Shown here: in pieces, positions 38,301 to 45,900 of the stretch
Numbering within the stretch: position 1 is the first letter of the stretch
Layout: every line of letters starts with the position of its first letter
From: Tubiluchus corallicola
Taxonomy: Eukaryota > Animalia > Priapulida
Reading direction: 5' to 3'
DNA: 64,000 bases
NCBI GenBank assembly: GCA_030141605.1
Contig: JAQGDQ010000077.1
Span: forward strand, 186,001-250,000
The notes under the pieces: generated by a model
What the model was told of the DNA's origin: nothing
Seen by the model: only the letters and a program-made list of their open reading frames with translations
The model's database searches: none
Program-made: the position numbers and the translations under genes

Positions 38301-40714
38301 CTGACCAACAAGATTATCTCAGTTTAAGTAACATCTTAATTTATCATAATTAAGATTTGCCATATCAGATCATAATTTACATTTTTCAGATATAGCACTA
38401 TAATGTACTATACTTATAGTATGACGACACTTAGAGCAGAAGAAAACCCTTTACTTACTAAAAACCAAAAATTTGTCTTGAAATTTTGTGTCACCTATAT
38501 ACTGCCTTATTGTGCACAAATGTTGTATTAGCAGTAACGCTGTAGAAAACTTACAGTCTCGCGATGACTGTTAGGCGCAGCAAGTTTGATGGTAAGTCGT
38601 TTGAAGCAAGATTAAATTACAATGCGCAAAGTTTGAAAAAATAATCAGAGCATTCGTAACACGCTCTTCACTAAATAAGCAAAAGTATAAATTACTATGT
38701 CTTGTCAATAAGTTTAAACGTAGTTTTCTGGGGAGTCAGTAGTGCACACTGGGAAGGTGAGTCAGTGACATTTTGCCTGTTGGAGATTTTAAATTACTAA
38801 GAATTTTCCTTTCTAGTTTCATAAGTCTTTCAAGCAGGCAAGCGCAATGATAAGTAATATAACTTTATGTTGAAACTTTTTTGTGATGTACTTTAAAATT
38901 GCTTTTCATCATCTTTAAGTTGTGATACATATTTCCTCAAGTATGTTTACTTTACTATTTGGAACTTCTTTAAAACAGCAATATGGTTACGTTTCAATAA
39001 TTTGTTTCAGCAGTCCGTTCTAGTTGTTATAACTTTATGGATACAATGTAATTTAGTACAAGCTGTTTCTGCAAAACATGCTCATTATTGAATTAAGCAT
39101 CTCTTTCGAGCTCATAAGTGAGGAAATATTTAGTAATTAAGGAAGTATTTAAGTAAACCATTTCAACATATGTAGGCTATTAGTGCATTATTCTTTTGAA
39201 CTTGTTTGAGAACATGTATATTCTGACCTCAACGTATGTTAAAATTTGGTGAAGCACAATGACATTCCAGAATCGGTGCTGAATATAAGTGGCAATTTTG
39301 AGTCCTTTTAATACAAAATGTACCGGTAACTTCTTATCAAGGTAAGATTCACAAAGTTTAGCTGATGCACAGTAGTTTCACTGTTAATTATTGTGGAAAT
39401 CTGTAGTCCTTATCTAATTATTAACTTTTCTACAGCTGGGAATGCTATAACGGTCATTGTAGTGGTATGTGTCGGATTTTTGGTGTTCATGATTATTCTT
39501 GGAGTTATTCGGATTAGAAACTTGCAAAAGAGCACAGAAGAGGCAACTGAATTGAGCACAACAGTACAACCTGGTTGGGACGAAAGCTCCCTCACAATTA
39601 CCGTTAATCCGATGCAGGTAATGAAATAAACAACTTGTCATTGACAATAAAATAATTAGACATCACAATTTGGTAAACTCCAGCTGGTTTAAAAACTAGA
39701 AAGAGTACAATTTTAGCTTAAACCAATAAGTAAAAAAGGAAAGCAACTTGGCAATATATAGTCCATTCATTTTTCTATAAACGTGGTCATGATGTGTACT
39801 TATAGCGAATGCAGTAATGTAGCGTTGGGCATGGATTGTAATTGATGGGCGATGCAAGAAAAATAATTTTTGTGGAGTTTATTTTGCCTTACTGATTTTG
39901 ATTTTTTCTTTTTGAGAGTTGATGTATGTAATTAGAATATGGCATCTGTGCTTGCCTCAGATGAACATCCTATCAGATAAACATTCTGTAGGCTTAGAGA
40001 ATGTTCCTTCTTAGCACCACATCTTCTGTTCCTGCCACATCAATGTAATAAATAGCCTTGTCCAGTGGCAATGTTGTAGTGAAAAAGTTTCAATGAATAT
40101 TAGGTAAATATTTATATAAAAAGGCCGTACGACATTATATGAAAAGCCAAATTTATTCATGAGTATTATGCCTTAGAAGTTTACATTAAACTGAATTTGC
40201 AGTTTTGTTATGCAAAAAAACAGAGGTTTGTGCAGATATTTCTGTCTGGTATTAGTGATGTATGTTTTGAACAATATATTTTAGTGTAATATTAGCTGTC
40301 AGAGAAAACAAACTGACATGTCGATCAAAGTGCATAAAAGCGAAATAAATGGCTGTTGTATAAGCCGACTAGCCGAGCTTTAGTTATTTTCACCTAAACA
40401 GCAATTCTTAATTGCAAACAGTTGTACAATAGTTGGCTTTAGCGCAAATCACGAGTTCCAAACAGAACTGCCATGGAAATGTTCTAGCGTATGCTTGTTT
40501 TACACGTAATTTTTCACAAATTAAAGCAGAATAACATGTGTTTTTTATCATACTTTCTATTTCTTAGCGTCTTGAAGGGGGTGACGTGAGCCATGGTGAA
40601 AATGACACTGATGATGATTGTAACAGCGACTATAACGACGACACAACTGATGATGATATAGACAGTCCATCAACAGAAGCGAGGCATTATGAATGGGAAA
40701 AACAGGCTCTCTAG
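12079..40714 (+). CDS. CLSTN1: Calsyntenin (alcadein; Cals/casy-1 orthologue), 17 coding exons, ~890 aa, 5'-incomplete (signal-peptide exon not found)
   Basis: join(12079-12174,16620-16809,25489-25697,28522-28668,28959-29150,29977-30074,31567-31729,32039-32217,32733-32859,32979-33133,33854-34005,35246-35442,36722-36880,37397-37542,38033-38168,39436-39617,40568-40714). All introns are GT-AG and phases are consistent throughout. Family hallmarks: LDCE, DVNEFAP, AYDCG, CTPGWKG, HIGKGCDRDTYS, RHHFSLFIRNCRL, FRPAEWRW, CDGKWHHY, VGACWQG, FPTPG, KCSELSRRFNSNEF, TM VIVVVCVGFLVFMIILGVIRIR, WDESSLTITVNPM. The invertebrate gene is co-orthologous to vertebrate CLSTN1-3. Confidence 0.96.
12250..12347. repeat. 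(TG)n/(TGCG)n microsatellite
   Basis: visible directly; explains the CVCV/THTH ORFs. Confidence 0.97.
13860..14670. repeat. 25-bp minisatellite (~30 units; consensus near GACAAAAGTGGCAGCAATCATGGTC)
   Basis: head-to-tail units with no spacers; perfect 50-bp dimers at 14041-14140 and 14241-14340. Confidence 0.95.
15625..15771 (-). mobile_element. L2/CR1-group LINE ORF2 C-terminal remnant
   Basis: LSWYAPSRQLRSSNL*NLNVPRVSPATCRSLAYAAPHLWNQLPLHVK matches the YxPxRxLRS..LxVP..RSxxYAAPxLWNxLP pattern. Confidence 0.85.
16358..16409. repeat. Short tandem duplication (~26 bp x2, ttgaagcagtcgttttgtcYatagcc)
   Basis: visible directly. Confidence 0.8.
16620..16809 (+). CDS. CLSTN1: calsyntenin exon (cadherin repeat 1)
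   Basis: ttgcag/GTAAAT; SAAACQYEIIGSHHRDLPFRIRVSDETTGTALVSVTRPLDCEKRQRYKIEFVAVGCDGQTSPR; absent from the ORF track. Confidence 0.92.
17106..17170. repeat. Short tandem repeat (~17-18 bp, ctgttatggcgacaata x3-4)
   Basis: visible directly. Confidence 0.75.
17455..17494. repeat. (AAT)n microsatellite
   Basis: visible directly. Confidence 0.95.
18060..18800 (-). mobile_element. Highly decayed LINE 3' fragment
   Basis: Minus-strand fragments RP..Y / IIPAWC and NRYDSFLPNA in the expected order, with an (AAT)n-like tail at ~18060; weak. Confidence 0.45.
18950..19095. repeat. (CAG/CAA)n imperfect microsatellite
   Basis: visible directly. Confidence 0.85.
21051..21208. repeat. (CA)n microsatellite
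   Basis: visible directly. Confidence 0.97.
24588..24830. repeat. Degenerate tandem array of TTATTACATTATGCGTT-like units ending in GTTGTAACA
   Basis: about 10 diverged ~22-25-bp units; probably part of a dispersed non-autonomous element. Confidence 0.7.
25489..25697 (+). CDS. CLSTN1: calsyntenin exon (cadherin 1/2 junction)
   Basis: AKLIILVEDVNEFAPRF...SATDSDCSHDYGAICSYDI...; ttcag/GTAAGC. Confidence 0.96.
27167..27599. mobile_element. hAT-type MITE
   Basis: Termini CAGGGCAGGATTAA ... TTAATCGAGGGCTG (degenerate TIR); 8-bp flanks gcaacagc/acaacagc (7/8 identical, hAT-size TSD). Confidence 0.65.
28522..28668 (+). CDS. CLSTN1: calsyntenin exon (cadherin repeat 2)
   Basis: IIRNTEPLIWSQTRSYSFEVVAYDCGQKESQPAKVDVTVARICTPGWK; tttag/GTGGGT. 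Confidence 0.95.
28959..29150 (+). CDS. CLSTN1: calsyntenin exon
   Basis: IENRVSYLPGTG...HIGKGCDRDTYSSSTLRKLC; tttag/GTAAGC. Confidence 0.96.
29230..29440. repeat. Compound (CT)n(TA)n(CA)n microsatellite
   Basis: visible directly. Confidence 0.97.
29977..30074 (+). CDS. CLSTN1: calsyntenin exon
   Basis: ASLNAVDLLPAPDLGTVWIRNLPTADGHNADP; taaag/GTAAGA. Confidence 0.92.
30190..31263 (+). mobile_element. Non-autonomous THAP-bearing DNA transposon, ISL2EU/Harbinger-like
   Basis: AT|AGATCGCA ... TGCGATCT|AT (8-bp TIR, AT TSD); frameshifted THAP remnant at 30399-30595: MMKHCAWGRCN...FFPNPK / KCHRWARACRRPHERL...VCSEKF. Confidence 0.75.
31567..31729 (+). CDS. CLSTN1: calsyntenin exon (LamG start)
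   Basis: VYFFDGKTA...FSIVVWIQH...KHHIFCSSDDH; ttgcag/GTAAAA. Confidence 0.95.
32039..32217 (+). CDS. CLSTN1: calsyntenin exon (LamG)
   Basis: LSRHHFSLFIRNCRLILLLRRE...FRPAEWRWQIPQVCDGKWHHYVIN; ttcag/GTGGAA. Confidence 0.95.
32733..32859 (+). CDS. CLSTN1: calsyntenin exon (LamG)
   Basis: MTLYIDGEKFLGDKHNPEAVDDWPLHGLRNSKTKFVVGACWQ; tacag/GTAATA. Confidence 0.95.
32979..33133 (+). CDS. CLSTN1: calsyntenin exon
   Basis: SEQRMQQYFHGYLGGLSI...IHCLHSCKENLD...; ttcag/GTAAGC. Confidence 0.95.
33854..34005 (+). CDS. CLSTN1: calsyntenin exon
   Basis: EVTFNSEMS...VSYVNLRDFPTPGHRRVKLATDI; ttcag/GTACAA. Confidence 0.95.
35020..35175. repeat. (CATTG/TATTG)n degenerate pentanucleotide repeat
   Basis: visible directly. 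Confidence 0.8.
35246..35442 (+). CDS. CLSTN1: calsyntenin exon
   Basis: CKQPSSMTFLD...PIITIAG...KGVPILSQIRL...; tgcag/GTAAAT. Confidence 0.92.
35620..35890. repeat. Diverged ~135-bp tandem duplication
   Basis: gttaactccc...gctcagaca...agataggagccaaa...gcatccag occurs twice. Confidence 0.8.
36722..36880 (+). CDS. CLSTN1: calsyntenin exon
   Basis: VLDTISHQLDSCSLAVDPPLMNPDHE...GLIIA; tatag/GTAAGG. Confidence 0.93.
37397..37542 (+). CDS. CLSTN1: calsyntenin exon
   Basis: VQKSVNYENVLRQLLYKNSKPVYYLSRTFRLKCSELSRRFNSNEFQVE; tgcag/GTGCGT. Confidence 0.95.
37645..37800. repeat. CT-rich low-complexity tract
   Basis: visible directly. Confidence 0.8.
38033..38168 (+). CDS. CLSTN1: calsyntenin exon (His-rich juxtamembrane stalk)
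   Basis: LSVIHTHVEPAKVHNAQRH...RPQSSV; tgcag/GTAAAT. Confidence 0.9.
39436..39617 (+). CDS. CLSTN1: calsyntenin exon (TM, first W-acidic motif, NP motif)
   Basis: GNAITVIVVVCVGFLVFMIILGVIRIR...WDESSLTITVNPMQ; tacag/GTAATG. Confidence 0.96.
40568..40714 (+). CDS. CLSTN1: calsyntenin terminal exon (acidic tail, stop TAG)
   Basis: cttag acceptor; RLEGGDVSHGENDTDDDCNSDYNDDTTDDDIDSPSTEARHYEWEKQAL*. Confidence 0.9.
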   Translation, partial: RLEGGDVSHGENDTDDDCNSDYNDDTTDDDIDSPSTEARHYEWEKQAL

Positions 40715-41149
40715 TGTTTAGATAATAATATGTTTAATGTGTACAGCAATTTGAACATATTGGTTCAGAAATTTAGCATACAAATTTTTTTGACTTTAGT
40801 TCTAGTCGTGATGTAAACTCAAAGCCACATTTTATTAATAGTTACATTTGGCTGCATTATGCCAATCCTTGTTGTTTTGTAAAAATGTGCAAGGCATTTT
40901 ACCATGATTCTCGTGAGTAATCAGTCAACGTGCAATTGACGGAACTTTTCAGTTTTTGTGGCATTACTAAGACGTCACTTGAAGGCAAAATATCTTGTTT
41001 AAATGGAGCTTTTATTAAATTATGTCTTAACCTCGAACAAAAGAGTTAATGTCAAGATGAAAGCAGAATGCATTTACATTATTTTTTGCATGAGCTGAAA
41101 GAAACACGGAAAATTGTATTCATAACATGTGTGTTCATCTGTATACTAT

Positions 41150-41480
41150 TGCTTAAGTGTTATTTGCTTGTTTGGTTTTTCTTGCATTTTTTATTTTTCA
41201 TTCATTTTTAAATTCGTTTATAGGTTTGTTCCTTCATTTCTTCTTTCACTCATTCATACATTCACTCACTCACTCATTTATTCATTCATTCATTCATTCA
41301 TTAATTCATTCACTCGTTTGTTTGTTTGTTCACTTTTTTGTCTGTTCGCTTATTTATTTATTTATTCAGTTCATTATTTATAAGTTTATTTTACTTGTTA
41401 ATTTATTGATCAATTCATTCATTCGCTTTTCTTCTATTTATTTGCTTGTATATTTAGTTAATTGGCGTCGTTTATTAATT
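41150..41480. repeat. (ATTC)n/(TTTG)n/(TTTA)n low-complexity tract in the presumed calsyntenin 3' UTR
   Basis: visible directly; explains ORFs 41129 and 41157. Confidence 0.85.
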
Positions 41481-42689
41481 TGTTTGGTGTTCGACATTAA
41501 GATCGTGCCCATCAATTCAGAATTAATTTTTGTTATTTTGTTCAGCAATTTATTTTTTTATTCACTGAATTATGAATGAAAGCATGAATTTTCACTTTAA
41601 GTACTGAAATAAGTGAAATATAATTCATCAGACACTGTTTGATACACACTGTCTTTATTTTTGTACAATGCAGCAGAAACTGTTTGCTATATTTAGACTA
41701 TGCTTGTCAAAATCAATAATGATGAAAATATTAAAATATTATTAAAATAAAAATGAAACGCTATGGACATGCTTGGATAATTAGGTTTGTAATCGGTAGT
41801 GTTAAAATATCTTGCTTTCAATAGATTTAAGACGTCCCGGTTGTGTATGTCACATCAACCCCGTTTACACCAGCAGAAAATGCTCTGCCCGTCAGGAACT
41901 TTCTTGACCAGGATCTAATGTAAACAGTCATACGGTGAGAAAGGTGACTATGGATAGTGGAACTGGGACGCCTCGCACGTTAGTTTAATCAAGGCTAGTA
42001 TAAAACATAAAATCTCTTGATTAGTTAGACGGTTTATATACCACATATTCCATTTATATATGTAGCAGCCCGTATAGGATAATATTTGCCAACATTGTAC
42101 GCTTATTTAAAGTTTAGTATGATTTTTTAATATTTTTCCTGTTGCAATCACGCGTATTATTTTTAATTCCGAGAAATTGTTAAGACCCGACATTATAGTA
42201 GTTTTAAATTATATTGTACGTGTGCGAATAAATCAGAATTTTTGTAATAATTATAATGCATAGTACTTTTTGTTTGCACGTTGGTGAACTCGATGATGTT
42301 ATATTATATACTGCATAGAAAACTTTTGATTGTGACAAAAAAATAATTAACTGAACTAAGTCCATACTTGTTATTATTAACTATTGAAATTTTTGTTAAT
42401 GTTGCAAGTCAGCTATGTCTTGGAAAGTGTTTTACACATTAAGTAGATCAAATATTCCTTATGGTAGTAATCAGGCTGTACCTAATGAAAGAAAAAAGGC
42501 CTTAAACAGATAACCGTGTAGAGGACAATTAAGACGCTAATTTCCTACTCTAGGGTACAACACACCTTTTTCTTGTCGAGGGGCACAACAAGTACAACAA
42601 TGAGTAAAATATTACAGAACGGTTTATTACATCAAAGTACTGCTGAAGTTAAACAATGAAGTATGAATCATACAATGAAGTATGAAAAA

Positions 42690-42885
42690 ATTATTTGGGA
42701 AAGCATCGTGTCTCTCTTAGCTTACAGTCTGGACGGGTATGATCGCCGAACACAGTGAAGCCATCGAGAAAGACAAAGTGGTGGCTAAGATGATTCAGGA
42801 ACATGCTGTGCGACTGATTCAAAAGAGAACCTTGTGACTTGTTAGAAATGTCTATAGGATGCATTTCAAAATTGCAGATTGTGCA
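42690..42885 (+). mobile_element. Possible Tc1/mariner transposase HTH remnant
   Basis: Frameshifted SGR..., EAIEKDKVVAKMIQEHAVRL, DLLEMSIGCISKL resemble the mariner second HTH; weak. Confidence 0.3.
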
Positions 42886-43599
42886 CACTGTGCGTGGTTT
42901 CTCCTGTTAAGTAATGAGGGCATGACAGAGACTCTATTGTTTTGGCGATACGTTGATGCACTTTAATATAATAGACATATTTAATTGTTTTGTACTATTA
43001 CTCGAGATATGTTACATACTGTCAAAGTACGAGCTGCATGAAGAGGTTTTTCTCACCACCAAACTATTGACTTTGATAACGATGATTTTATTTGACAGCT
43101 TGTTTTTCGTTAGTAACCTATGCAATTTGTTAAGACTATTTTCAATGTTTAGTTACTTTAAATTACCTTAGTTACCTTGAAGCCAAACTTAGTTTACTTA
43201 ATTGTTATATAGTCGCAATAATAATGATGATGATGATGATGATATCGATGATAATATTAATTGCAATAATAATAATAAAAGCGTTATTTAAAGTGGATAA
43301 CATTTCAACTGTGTACTGGTTATATCCACAAAGTGGTCCACGAAGAATGTTCGTGCTGAACAATATAATAAGATAAACTAATTAAAACTGCATGATCATA
43401 CAGATAAAAAATAAAAGAAATGAATAAAAATACAGTAATTAAAAATAGCGCATAAACTAGAAATAAAGTTGCGTGAATCTATTATATAAAAAGCTTGAAC
43501 ATGACAACAAGAATGATAAAGACAAATTAAGAACTATTACAGACACAAAATTTTTTTTTACAATCAACTCTATATAATTACATGTTGTTTCTCAAATAA

Positions 43600-43720
43600 T
43601 TTAACAGTGCCTTTCTGAATGAATGTGTATCTACACAGCTAATAATATGGTGAGGTAATGCCTTCCAGTTTAGGTTTGATGTGTAGCTGTTATAAAATGT
43701 ACATCTGGGAAGACCGCCAG
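43600..43720 (-). mobile_element. LINE ORF2 extreme C-terminal remnant
   Basis: WKALPHHIISCVDTHSFRKAL matches the WNxLPxxI....SFKxxL ending. Confidence 0.55.
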
Positions 43721-44161
43721 ACTCATGCTAAAGCAGCTTCACGGATGCTGAGGCTCCCAGGCCAATTTTTGATATGGTTAGATTTAAAATCTTTTCATAT
43801 GTGCTATTATCTAATGGGTTATTGTTAATTCTCACTTCAAGGTGTGTTGATGGAAGTGTGGCTAAGAGGTGCCGAGTACCTGTCCTCATGACTTTTGATT
43901 ACCATTCTGTTATTTTGACACCAAGCAGCAGTAGTGTTAGCTCATAACTGCAACTTATTTTGTATTTCAAGTATGGTTTTTCCGTTAACATGCAGTCGGT
44001 TATTTATCGTTGTCATTTGTGTGGTTATACATTCTAAGCATGGCACGCTGCATCTGACAATATTAGGCACTCGTATCCATGGTTACTGCCCACGGTACAT
44101 CATCACTCATATCTTGAATTGTACTACTATTTTTACTAAATTTTTTGCAATATATCCATAC

Positions 44162-44417
44162 ACCAGTTGGTTTGATCTAGAGGTAACCTCCCAGACGCGT
44201 TTGTTTTCCGTCTGGGAGGTCGTGAGTTTGATACAGTGGCCCAGTCATACCAAAAACTTTAAAAATGGTAACCTGCTGTTGCCCTGCCTGACGAGTGGTA
44301 AAAGTGGGGTAATAATAGTCTCTGTTATGTAGTTGTAGGTTGTTGTTCATAATCGGCCCAAAAGCTCTTCGTAGCTTATGTTAATTGTTGATCCAAAACA
44401 GCCGACTTTAAATAAAG

Positions 44418-44450
<33 letters not shown>
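44162..44450 (+). mobile_element. tRNA-derived SINE with Meta-type central domain and (ATT)n tail
   Basis: A-box-like gatctagaggtaa and B-box-like gagtttgatac, then gtcataccaaaaactttaaaaatggtaacctgctgttgccctgcctg (MetaSINE-core-like), ending in aataaag(att)n. Confidence 0.8.
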
Positions 44451-44454
44451 GCGC

Positions 44455-45000
44455 AACCGTAGCGTAGCACGTAGCCGATTTTACATTGTCTGACATCACG
44501 TAACGTTAATAACCAATCCGCTCTTGGGTTTTTACCGTTTCAAAAGCTATGAAATCAGATGATGAAATAAAGCAAAGCTTACGAATACATCATCTCAGCC
44601 TAGAGGATAAGGCCAAAGATTCGTCATATTGCTGGTGCGTCAGTCTGTGAGCGCTTTCACGTTTTGCTGATTTTTGCGCTTTTTGGGTTTGTTATCTTCT
44701 AATTACTGGCATCATTTTTGAAATAATGGTACCTATTTATTTGTTTTATTCTATTAGACAGGCTGCTAATTTTTTTGATATCTACATAAAAAAGACTTAT
44801 TAAAAGAGCAAACTTTGCTACATTTGGAGACCTGTTCAAATGTAAGGCGCCGAGTAACCCACTAACCGAAGTAGGACGCTTCCGGTAAAACGCATGTGCT
44901 AAATTTGCGGAAAAGCAGAATCGTACATGGGCTCACCACATTATCTGAGGTGTTGGCCATTGGTAGTCAAAGAAAAGTACGCTCTTTTGTAACAGAGTGA
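44455..45000 (+). promoter_or_regulatory. Probable promoter and non-coding first exon(s) of the 8-TM gene
   Basis: Locally CpG-rich; CCAAT at ~44513, ETS-like CTTCCGG at ~44879, donors GTGCGT (44635) and GTGAGT (44997); the start-codon exon at 48995 has an acceptor, so an upstream exon is expected. Confidence 0.45.
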
Positions 45001-45179
45001 GTGTAAAAAGTGGACAAATAAGAAAACTAACAAATTTAAATATAATTTATGGGGACTGGTATAACACTAAAAATAATTATCATCTGATGTTTGAAAAAGG
45101 AGAGAGAAAATGAAATTTATAATATCTGAGGTGTTGGCTATTGGTAATGAAAGAAAAGTAGGCTCTTTTGTAATAGCAG

Positions 45180-45900
45180 TATGTTTAATGTTATGCGAAA
45201 ATATGGTTGTTCCATCTATAACAAATAACAGTAAGACCAGGACTAATGTCACTCAAACAGAAGTAGATATGTTAGAGAGTATTCAAAGAGACTATCGTGT
45301 TATCAAAGGTCTTGTACCAAAAAACAGTACGGGATATTGGGGTATGCTAGCTGAAGTGTAGGCATGGCCTATGATATGTAGAGTAGAATGAAAAAAAAAT
45401 GTACTAGCACTTATTAATGAATTCAAATGATGAAAGGTTGGTTAAGCAGGTTTTAAGAGTACAAATAAGTCACAAGTTTAATAAATGTTGGTAGGTTGAA
45501 ATTAAAGATATTATGATGAAATACAAAATTGACTTTAATGTAGTTGATATAAATTCAGTCAAAAAGTCTAAAGGAAGAAGTACATAAAAATGAAATTAAT
45601 TTGTTTATCAAAAATGAACTTAAAATCAAATCTGAGAACATGAAAAAATTAAGATTTATAAAAAACATCAGAAGCAAGACTATGTGTTAAAATATTGTTT
45701 AGATGAGATGAAAGAAATTATAGCCATAAGGTTGAACATGATTGGTCTAAAAACAAATTTTTAAAATTTGTATAAAGAAGACTTGAAATGTTCATTGTGT
45801 CATTTTACAGGTGATGATACTACAGAACATATGTTTAAATGTAGGTCAATATAATTAATAAATGGGGATTATCTGTGCAAGTATTAGTGATACCCACATA
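45180..45900 (+). mobile_element. Decayed LINE ORF2 C-terminus with CCHC zinc knuckle
   Basis: LESIQRDY...YWGMLAEV*AWP; IAIRLNMIGLKTNF*NLYKEDLKCSLCHFTGDDTTEHMFKC. Confidence 0.8.

Noticed and set aside
39410-39647. Antisense ORFs over the TM exon (also 49535-49759, 50663-50845, 63390-63785)
   Set aside because: Shadow ORFs of real + strand exons
8755-41480. Long-range inverted pairing of the GAAT tract (8755-9000) with the ATTC tract (41150-41480)
   Set aside because: Simple-sequence complementarity is expected by chance
44162-44240. Functional tRNA gene
   Set aside because: Degenerate boxes, no cloverleaf, and continuous with a SINE body and tail
45110-45361. Host-gene ORF
   Set aside because: Part of a stop- and frameshift-ridden LINE remnant
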